Source: Owenia fusiformis
Lineage: Eukaryota
DNA length: 64,000 nt
Reading direction: 5' to 3'
Assembly: GCA_903813345.2 (NCBI GenBank)
Contig: CAIIXF020000001.1
Coordinates: forward strand, 37,510,001 to 37,574,000
The position numbers and the translations under genes were made by a program. Below are positions 12,801-24,800 of this stretch, piece by piece. Numbering within the stretch: the stretch's first letter is position 1; each line of letters opens with the position of its first letter. Under the pieces are notes generated by a model. It had not been told where the DNA came from. It ran no database searches and saw only the letters and a program-made list of their open reading frames with translations.

Positions 12801-15800
12801 ATATAACCAATGGCTAGTTATGATCTGATTCTATGATATATAATATGTATATCTTATATAACTATGATATATCTTATAAAAACTTTACATTTACAGTTGT
12901 TCTCGGTTCAATGGCATGTACTATCTCAAGTTACTCAATATTCAAAATACGGTACGAGCCTTCAAGTACCATCATTTGATCAAGACTTGAGTGTATACAA
13001 ATTATAGACTGTGATCTGTTAACAATGATGGTTGAGTAGTAGAGGCCGATCCCACGCTGCATAAGAATACGAGGCTTTTCCAAACAGAACAGAGGAAAAT
13101 TAGTGAGAAATTCAAGAATCCAATTCTATAATGATTTACATTACCTCGATGATTATGCCCATCCTCATATCCTAACGTTTTGTCTTGTCTTTTGATGGAA
13201 TCAACTCCTCTGTAAAATTGTGTTTGTGAGCGTGTTGCTTGATATTCCGAGCTGTTGCCAAATAAAAGTGTAATGCGAACGGATTCCTTATCCATATGCA
13301 ATGTTACAATATTATTCACAAAACTGTGAATGAAAAATCCCAACATAAGCCCTACGATCAGAAACAAGAATCGATGACGGTGCTTGATCATCTTAAACAA
13401 CAGTTAATTTAATCGTAAATACGCAGCTAGCATGACGGGATCGAACCGTTTGTGTCAACCTCCAAGAACACTGTACTTCGTCTCTGAATGTGGGTACAGC
13501 TACCATTACATAAGTGTGTATGAACAGGATCGGGTTAAGCCGACAACACACATTTAAAATAGCAGTACAAACATTCGAGTATTATTCAAAATGATTGCCT
13601 GTTCGCGCTTTTAAGCTGTTTAATTGGGATTAAATTTAAGAGGGAATAAATACAATATCTAAACTGATCAAATCTCGTTGTTTGTTCATCCCAGATGTGA
13701 ATTGCATTGAACATTTATTTTAATTAATTACCTACTTTGATCTAACGACGTTTGCGATGTAATCAGTGGCGCCCGAGGTGTGGAAAAGGATGAATATAAA
13801 ATCTGTTATCCCATGGTTGCAATGATATAGATCGAATATCACATGAAGATATATTTGATATGTGAATCAAGATATCATATTTTAGCAAAACATTCTCAAA
13901 CCATCAAATATCACTTTTTTCACGTCTTAGAAGTGATATTCAATGGATTGAAAGTGATATTCGATGGTTACGTATTTTTCAAAAATATTTTTTTATTACA
14001 TTTTTAATTATTTTAAATTATTTTTCTATTTTTCACAATTTTTGAGAACTTGTAGATGATTTTGAAAAAATTGGTCAATTTGTAGATGCATGTTGAGAAG
14101 ACATTTTTTACCTTTTTTTAAAACTTTTTTTACCTTTAAAAAGGTCATTGAAGGTCAAACCTAAAGTCAGATTTGACATTCTTAATTAGAACTTGAAGAT
14201 GAAGCAAGTTGAGAAAGACCTTTTTGAAATTGGGAAGGTCATTGAAGGTGAAATCTCAATTTAATGTCATATTTCAACATCTGAGAACTTATATGATTTT
14301 GAAAAAAATCGGTCAATTTGAAGCAAGTTAAAAAAAAGTATTGTTAAGTAATTGAAAGTTGTAAGATTTGTTACAGACGCCGATCGCCAACCGCCAACCA
14401 CCAACCGCCGATCACCGTCACAAGGTCCTGGTCCTTTGGCAAAGCATTAGCAAATATTAAGTAGACCAAAGCTATAAGCATATTTTCAAAATCATGCAGT
14501 TTTTCAGCATTCTGAGCACTTTCGCATGAATTTTTGCCAAAAATGTCAGCTCCGCTTGGCAAAAGCTGCGCCCTTGGTAAAACCGCTCCCCCGGTAAATC
14601 CTGGCTACGGGCCTGCATTCTGTACAAAAGCCACAGTGGCGGGCCGAACAGAACATTTCAGCCCAGTGATGTTCCCCGGGAAATGGGATATCGTTCAGTT
14701 CGTATTATTGTCATTCAATGGGAGTCAGTTTTTCTTTACCCTTTGCATTCGTTTGACTTCACTTCTTAAAAGAGAGCTTCGTCTTCACTCTTTCAAACTA
14801 AAATAAACCTGTGAACTCACCGCGCCAATCAGTGTTCGTCGGCCAAATTTGACCGACGTTCTATATATGGTCAGTCCTTCTGACGTCGTCGTTGAGCCCG
14901 GAATTGACCAATGACACGCGCATATTTAATTAGAACGCATTTGGAGTATGTTTCTTCAAGCTCGCTGATTGGTGGAAGAAAGGTCAGCGCGTACATAAGT
15001 GATTTATTACCCAAACTGTCACCGGTGCCCGTCGTGGGGGTGGGGCTACTAAACTGTAATATAGTCTCTACTAGGCAGAGTGTAGTTTAACTAGACTCTG
15101 CACGCAGGGTAGTTTTTCTTATTTCAGTCCTGACAATTTATTTTATAATTCATATTCAAAAAAAATATGAATTATAAAATAAATTGTCATGCTCCATGCA
15201 GTGGTTACGTCAATTGTGGTTAACCTTTACGTCTTTTAAGAGTTAAAAGCTATTAGTGGAAACGGCATCAGCGTATCGCAAATCAATATAAAATCAAAAC
15301 ATGTAATTTTTATTATTTCATCACGTTAAACCTATTTAATGTCACAATATGCTTACTTGATATATTTACACATGCTTTCATCATGTCCGCTATGGGGGAT
15401 TGACGACGGGTATCAGATATTATTGCAGTTCATATTTGTAACATGGCTTATACAAGAATAACTACGTAATTTATAATCCAGACCACATACAGTATACATT
15501 AGGCCCCTCCCTAAACGTTGACATCTTCTCTTTGTTTGCAATTTTAAAGTGTTAAATAAAAGTATTTTTCTACACTTAGCTTGGTGAATACTGTAGAATA
15601 CTGAGTTCCTAAACTGCATTACATATTAGTGATAAAAAATAGAAACCTACTGTGGATGCCTTTTTGAATTTACGATTTCAAATGGAAATCACACCAATCT
15701 TATTCAAAACTGTCATTATGTCATTTTCTTTCCTGTTACGTTTACGGCTTATGTATGTACATGTATGTTAAGATTATACAAGATATATGATAAAATGCTT

Positions 15801-18800
15801 GAAAAGGTATTATGATAAAATGATATCTACAAGGTTTTGATCTTACCTTCAAATGAATTTGATATATATCATATACTAGTATAGATGCCACTGCAATGAC
15901 TTCTGCCGATCCCGTAGAGATGACAGCAAAAATGATAATGACGATGATTAGGAACTCTCCGAGCTTCCCGAACAGCCTCTGGGCAACTATAACAGGCACG
16001 AGACCTAAATAGAAGTTCAACAAAGATGAGTCAATGTGGAATCCAAAGGGTATTGCCAGGTGTGAGAGAGGCGAGGCCAGAATAAAATAAAACAAAATGA
16101 AATAGTGCCACTGGGAATAAACCCATATTTAATCCATACTAGGAAATAAACTTTACTATCCCATGATAGTATTCATTACTCTATTCATAGAATCATTAGT
16201 TCAAAATCTATAATTTTTGTCTCTAGCAAAACCAGACTTTATATTTAGTTTACAAAATATGACTCAACTTAATGACATTTTAGAAATATAAACATTTTAT
16301 TGTAATGTGGCGAATTTTACAATCCGATATTATTGTAACCTTACTTTTTCAAAGCTGAACACCCATATATATGATCAAAGTTAATTATTAAACAATAAAG
16401 CCAATTGCAATCTTGTCACAGTATAACATCAACATTCGAATTCGCTTGTTCAAACAAAATTCGCTTGTTGTAAAGATTTCTATGACGTTGACTGTCTTTG
16501 TCAGAGCATGATATGAAATTACAATGTGCCTATATATAGGCGTTCATAGCTGTAATAAATACTTCTTACGTTTCAAAGTCAATATTTTCAATAATTTTGT
16601 TTGGAAAATATCGTTTCTCACATATCATTAAAGCACGCTATATCGACATAACTGAATGAAATAGAAAGGTTTGTTGGCAGAAATTATATGTTATATATGT
16701 TATATCCACGCTGTGTTTTCTATTCAAAGTAAGTTGTCTACCTAATGGTTGTCATAAAAGAGTGTTGCTGTGAACAACTGAATTATATTTAAACTAATTT
16801 ATACCAAGGGAAAGATCAATACCCGGTGATTTCAGCGGGAAGTGGCGTTTCGTTCAGTGGATGAGCTGCGCGCGCACGCATAAATGTGATTATCCAATAT
16901 AATTAGGGGAGGGCTATTTGAAATAGTTTTTGGTCTCAGGCGCGACCCAGGGCTGTTGTCTTAAGGACATTTCGTTGAAAATGAGCCATTCGGCTGATAA
17001 TTGGTAAGAGTTTGCGATCTTACAATGTATAACTGTTACTCAGACACATATTTTGACACGATGTTGGAAATAAGCTTTGAACCGAGAGATATTCACGATT
17101 GATATGCACATTTTTGATTGTGCCATTGCTTTTCCATTGCACAATCCATGTATTGATAGAAGAAACATTAATAATGCAGATTGGTTTACCTTCAATACAT
17201 GGCAGACACTACATATCGGTCTATTAATACCAGTTTGTGCCTAAATAGTTTTATATTTCCATCCACGGCCTAGAGCCTGGGTGTGTTTGTCTCTTATGTG
17301 TATGCTTGTGCATGGACTTCTAATCACTAGCAGAATTTAACATGATGCAAACTCGACATTATAACTCATGCTGTAACATTTTGACTTCGCTGGAAAACAA
17401 TAGGAATTATTTTTCTTGCCAATCAATCATGAATCACAATCAAAATTTCAGAATGATCAATCAGGCAATGGTCCAAATCAAGTTATAACATTATATGATA
17501 TTCAGCAAGAAGTCCGGTAGAAATACAGAATATTCAAACATCAAAGCTGAAAGTTAAAAGCTAATCTGTCAATTTTCTGTCTGCAAAAGAGCGTTTACAT
17601 TTGACACAATAACAGACTGAGGCTTTGAAATCTAGGATTCCCCAAGAAAATATGACGTCATACTAATTAGCATAAGGATTTCCCTATTGGTCTGGGTCGA
17701 GCCTTGTTCGAAAACACAATCCATAAATACATGCTAATTTCTAAGGAGATAGGAAGTGTATAACGTGTTTATCGATTTTGTTTAAAGATTTAATCAATTA
17801 TCAAATTGTTTAAGTGGATAAAGTGGTCACACTTGCTTCAATTCATAGCGAAATCGACGGATAGAAACTGACCGAATTCCCGATATCCTACCCCGTATTC
17901 CTGTAGGCTATAAGCACAGTGACCTACAGAGGGCGCTATCACAAACAAGTACTGCACAAACCGATAAATTCCCGGGTATTGTAACGCCCTTGATTTATAC
18001 CCCATCCCTTACTTAAAAATGAATACATAGTGCAAATGTGATCAGGTGCAGCAATATCGGTCCCACTTATTTCACTTATTCCACTCTATCCTAGATGGAT
18101 TAACTTTGTGAAGTGATATCCACAAACCTTATTTTCTAGCCGAGTAACGATATCGGGCCTTATCAAGAATGCTATCGCAATCAAATGATGACATTTCAAT
18201 ATAAAACAAATTAATACAAGATTCAAACACGTTAAATTAAATACAACTCTCACCTTCATTAACTTGGTCAGCACACAATAAGCTCTCCCCCGCATGGGTT
18301 TCCATGGCGATGTAACTAAGGCCCATTGTTGTGGCAAATACGAATGGAATTGCAAACCAAACTAATCCTCCTATGAGAAATCCCCAAACACCTTGTTTAG
18401 GCTTTGCTGCTACGCCACTTTGCCAAAAGCTTTGGTCAACAAATACTGCTCCAAAGTTCCCTGGTAAAGTTGTTAAATAAAACAAAAAACTTTCTTTAAT
18501 TCCATATCATGATTAAGTTGAATTTATTCATATAATTCTAGGCCACCATTCTTGATCACATATATCTGAAGGCTGAAAACGAGGTGGAAGGAATGTAATC
18601 TTTACGTCGAGAGGAGGTTTAATGTTAGCTGCGTCGTCAATATAGAATGAAGTACACAATTTATTTCACAATTCCCTTAATATTAAGTATTTATATAAGT
18701 GGTAATAAAATGGTAGCCCGAATCCTTCATTAATTAGCTCCTTAGAACACAGAGCAACACCTCAGACGTTTTAACTGCAATGCTAGTGTTGTTACGCTAC

Positions 18801-21800
18801 AAAACAAAATTTAACAAAATGAAACTGTCAATCTCCTAAATATTATTTTGAAATAACGGCAAAATGTTATTAATTTGCTGCAAAATACAATACACAAACT
18901 AAGGTTTGAGAAAATCAAAAATATAGTTTCACTTCTGCACGTATTTCAGGAACAGTAAAAATCGTTTCGATTGATTTAGATTTAAAAAATCATTCCTTAC
19001 AAATACAAGAAATTGTTTGAAATGTAGGACAGACAAAAGTAAAAAAAATATGCACTCGTTTCGCATTTGCACGAATTTCAGTAACAATGAGAATTTGTTT
19101 TAATTGATTAGAAGTCAAAAATACATTCTTGAAAGAGCACTGCAAACTTATTCATAATACAAATAAAAGAACTTTGAAAGTCGCGCACCACCATTTCCTA
19201 GCTCCAGAACATATTTCTCCACTCGCGCACAGAAATCCGTACTAGCGAACCACCACGCATGTACAAGTGGTTCGCGAGCTAGGATCTCTGTGTGCGAGTA
19301 GAGAAATATGTTCGGGAGCTAGAAAATGGTGGTGCGCGACTAACGATTTCACGTTCGCGCGGTGTGAGAATCGTGGTTCGAATGCAAGGAACGTGGTTCG
19401 CGAGGTCAGAAGTGATGTTCGCATTGGTGGAAGTCTAGAAAGCCTATAGGTGTTTGCCTTTGAATACATTAACGTTTCAACTACGTAATGTACGTGTGCA
19501 TGCTGATTTGATTGTAATCTTACCAATTATATTAATGATACCAAACATAAAACCTTTACTCGACACCATAGTCAAATAACTGTTGTCCAGATTTTCAGGA
19601 GGTCCTATTTTGCAGGATAATAGTCTATGTAGTGACGCTATAGAGCCTATTAATGAAAAAGATATGAGTTAAAAGTTTAATACATTCTATGCGATTATTT
19701 CTTAGTGCAAATAATTGTTAAAATGGCAACCCTGTATTTTCCTCATATCTTTGTCATGTGAGGAAATAACTCCCTGATATTTTACACATCTGCACACATT
19801 GTTTATGACCCAACTGCAATCCTGAGTAGGTATGGCCTGAATGACAATTATTTTTGAGGTCTGCAATCATTTTTGTACACTTTATCTTTGGCATATCCCA
19901 TAGGTAGAAGTCAGGTATGAACATTTTAGACGGCGGGTGGAGGTTTGCCCGCAGCGCAATATTGTCCTTTGGAGCATAATATTTAAGGTGCTGTAACATT
20001 GTAACTATCAATCCGATGGTCATGAAATATTGTAGGCTGGTAGGAAATTGAATGATGTCCACATGATGTACCAAATATCAGGAAGTACTTTTCTAAAATG
20101 ACAAAGGCATGAAGAAAATAGCAGCAAGGTTGTCGTTTTATTTGACCACCCTGTACTTGTATTATCGAATAGCTGTACTAGCGCATTTCAGATTTCATAG
20201 AAGAAACAATCAACCATTCAGACTTACCTAATGGGTTATCGGGGTGAGGGTCTGGATTGTTGTAAACTCTACTCATAAAAAGTAACATTACTACAAAAGT
20301 AACGACATTGTTGAAATAGGAGATATAAAACGTAGCACCGAGACCGCCAATGAACGTATTGATACAAATGACTGAAGTCATCATGGTAACTGCAAACGGA
20401 ACACTAATTTCTTTGACGAGCGTTGTTAACACAACAGCACCTCCTAAACAAAAAATACATTATCTGATTTATAGTTGCCATTAAATATGATCGTACTACT
20501 TTATTCATTAGAAGATTACCGATGAACAGGACATTGAAACCTAGCGCCAATGAACTAATGAGAGCTCACTGCGTGTATTGCTCAGTATTCCAATTAGAGA
20601 TCCCTTACCATGTTTAAACGTAAACCATGATACCATGGTTTACCATGGTGTATCATGATCGGCAATGAAATTACCATCAACTCTGACCATGGTGGCAATA
20701 TTGTTTTTTGGTCATGGTATACCATGGTATATATAGGTTATTTACTGGGAGGGATTGAAAAGGGTTTTATTCCGAGAGACAATATGATATTGACCAAAGG
20801 GTAATATGATATTGACCGAGGGAGCGCAGCGACCGAGTGTCAATATCATATAGCCCAAGGTCAATATCATATTTTCCGAGGAATAAAACCCATATTCAAT
20901 CCCGACCAGAAATAACCTATTTATTCCATAATACACCCCTCTAAAATGCTACATTTGGAAAATGCAGATAACTGGGAAAAAATAACCGGGAAACCGAAAA
21001 TAGGTTAATATGCTCCAATACGATTTTTCCCGGGGACAATACGATTTTTCATGTAATACGCTCCAATACGATTTTTTCCCAGGGACAATACGATTTTTTC
21101 ATGTAATACGATTCAATACGATTTTTATTCCTTCATATTTCCCTGGGAAAACAGTAGTATTATGGAATAAATCATGTTATTTCATGTTCAAAGTTAACCA
21201 TCAAATACCATGGTATTATCATGGTATTTCATTGCCATGTTCCTGACCATCATTTACCATGGTATCACAATGGTATATCATGGTTGATTGCATTTCATGG
21301 CATTTCATTGTAAGATGTGACAATCAAATACCATGGTATTTCAATGCCATGTTCCTGACCATAATTTACCATGGAATATCATGGTTGATGGCATTTCATT
21401 ATAAGATATGACAATCAAATACCATGGTCATACCATGGTATTTCATTGCCATGTTCCTGACCATCATTTACCATGGTATTACCATTGTATATCATGGTTG
21501 ATGGTATTTCATTGTATGATATGACAATCAAATGCCATGGTCATACCATGATATTTATTTTATTGTACCTGACCATCATTTACCAGGGTATAACCATGGA
21601 ATATCATGGTTGATGACATTTCATGGCATTTCATTGTACCGTGTGACAATCAATTACCATGGTCATACCATGTCATTTCATTGCCAAAATCATAACTCTC
21701 ATTTATCATGGTTTTCTCATTGCATTTCATGGTTGGTGGTATTTCATGGCATTTTATTGTCAAACCTGACCATCAAATACTATGGTCATACCGTGGTATT

Positions 21801-24800
21801 TCATTGCCATAATCATAACTCATAATCATTTATCATGGCATATCATTTCAATCCGTGGTTGATTGTATTTCATAACATTTTATTGTCAAACCTGACCATC
21901 AAATAACATTTTTTTGTTAAACAAATATGCTTTACTTTTTTTGACTGTTGTCGTTAAAATAGGAGATCAACTTAATAATTTGTAAGTCCAACATCCAGTC
22001 TTCGATTAATCATCTTGACTGTACTTCATTGCATTTGATGGTTTGCAACCATGAAATACTGCCAAATGGCAGATACTGCCAAATGGCAGTATTTTTAAAT
22101 GCAAAATTCTAAGTATACTGACCATGGTATACCACGGTAGATCATGATAATTAGATGCCTCCATTGCATATCATGGTTGAATGTCTAGACCATGATATAA
22201 CTGCATTTGATGGTATTTGACCATGAAATACTGTTAAACGGTGGTATTTTTTAGATACAAAATTACATGTTAATTGACCATGGTATACCATGGTATATCA
22301 TGATCGTTAAATGACACCATTGCATTTCATGGTCAGGAGCGCTTTTTAACATTGAAAAATACTGCCGTTTCGCAGTATTTCATGGTCAGAAACCATCAAA
22401 TGCAATGATATCATGGTCAAAAACCCATCAAATGCAATGATATCATGGTCGAGAACTGCAATGAAATGCAATGGTGCCATTTAACGATCATGATCGGCCA
22501 TGGTATTACCATGGTATTTCATTGCATTCCATGGTCCATTTCAACATGGTAGTGTTCATCTTCTGTTAGTAGTTGATGGTTTTTAGTATTTCGTATTTTG
22601 ATATGAAAACACAATTTAAGTATCCCAGCCAGAAATTTTTATTATCTATCAAAACATTTGAATCATAAGTTGTTCAAGATAATTTGAAGAGTTTGGGCGA
22701 GAAATACAGTACTGAAAAAACATGCAATTTATTCAACATACCGAGCATTAGCATGGCGGTCACGATGATATTTGTAATCAAGGCGAAGATGCAAAATACA
22801 ATATGGGTCCTCCCACCAAATCTTGCCTTGATGACCTGTAAGAAAGTCTTTGCTCCAGGTGCCCTGGTCTTCAACTGTACTGTTATCATCGAGAACATAA
22901 AAATCTGAATAGTCGCCCCCGCGGCATACCAGAATGGACCACTAATGCCATACTGAAATAAAAACAGAAGTATTTCAAGAGGCTGATGCTTATGTCAAGC
23001 ATTCTACTAATACCTATATTTTAGCATTAATAATCGAGCGTTCGACAACATATCTTGGATTTGTCAAGATTGAAATTGGGAGCCTCGACTATGGCTTGTA
23101 CAGTCCCATCACAATGTCACAAGTGCGAAAAGAGGCCTTTTTAAAAGGGCCTTTCAGGTTCTGCAACTTTTTGTTCACATTCACTATGTAAGGTTGACCT
23201 CTAGATGTTCATCATGACCATGATTATATCATAATCACGATTAGTTACCTTGCTAGCCACTGCCGAAGATTTCAAGAGCGTCGCCGTCCAAGTCCATTGC
23301 GACACTATAGTGGTGGCTGTAAGACCACTGGATACCCTTCCACCAGCGTCAAATGATATGTCCAGATTTTCCTTCAATGTAATGACATAGTTACAGCGTA
23401 ACCGTTTATTCTGTATCATAACTACACAATGAATAATAAGCAGACAAGAATTTATAACTCTAGCTCTCACTGAAAAATTCAGCTAGAGTTATGGAAAATA
23501 GAGCGATCTCCCAAAGCGGGTTCATTTTAGATCTCTCATTTTGCAAACCCAGTGATAAATTATTTTGTGATACATATCGTTCCTCCACTTTTATAAGGTT
23601 CTATCTTCCAAAAAGGACCAAATGCATATATGTGAAAGTGGATTCCTCCTAAAGTCGCTATGCTGTTTTCATATACGAATGTTTAAAAGCTGTATCTCCA
23701 ACAAAAATATTATGTTTTCAAAGGCAATAAGGTTTGATGAACATAATTACTGCTACATGATTCTACAAGTTATTGAATGATTTGAAGTGCAATACAGGAT
23801 ATATTCTGTTCGAGAAATTCCGTATTGGAACGAGACGAAGTCCAGTGCCAATACATAATATCGAGACAGAATATATCCTGTATTGCACTTCAAATCATTC
23901 AATAACGTTTTTATCGTTTATTTTTGTATTGCTACTGAGATTGTCTCCTCCGTACCAATATTTTCTGTATTGCGACGGAGATGATCAACGGGGACAATCT
24001 CAGTAGCAATACAGATTGGTACAGCACAAGAACTGACCAATCAGAGGGCTTCATTTTACAGATCATACGATACTATTTCTTATTTCATACTTGAGGTTAA
24101 ACCTTTTTGTCTGTTTAAACTCCAACTTATTCTTTAATACTGTATAATCATACTTCATGGAGCAGCTCATACAATAATATAAGTTATTCAATGATTTGAA
24201 GTGCAATACAGGATATATTCTGTTCGAGAAATTCCGTATTGGAACGAGACGAAGTCGGTCATTTCTTTCAACATGAGTACTTTCTGGGAATAAATACAGT
24301 GGTTTTTATTCAAACAATATGTTTTCTTTCAAGTGTATAGCATCATTTTTGCTTCTTTATTCATTAAATTCAAATATATTCGATATATGAAACATTTATA
24401 TTCGCTAAATCATTTTTCCATTCGGTAAAAACGTTTATATGTTTGTTACAGCAAATTAAGTTTTCAAAATAGCCAATCACTTAATACTATGTGCATTAAA
24501 TTACATATTTCATTCGTTAAATGATATTTTTTGCGTAAATTGTTATGGTATTCCTTAAGAGTAACACATTATATGCACAATATTGAATTTCTATTTGAAC
24601 CCTACCGAAATAAGTTTGCCTATATTTTCCAAATGGTTTATTTTTCTATGACATAGTTAATGCATTTTACCGAAAGCTAATTTGCTATTTACCGAATGCA
24701 ATAAAGTAATATTCGATAACTTGCGTTGTTGTTCGATATTTTGTCACGTGACTTCGAGATTTGCAAAATGGCCACGCAGCTATTCTACATCGTACAAATA

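Noticed and set aside
21190..21900. Regularly repeated palindromic units resembling a CRISPR array
   Set aside because: No unique spacers, degenerate units, eukaryotic intron and no cas genes; it is a minisatellite
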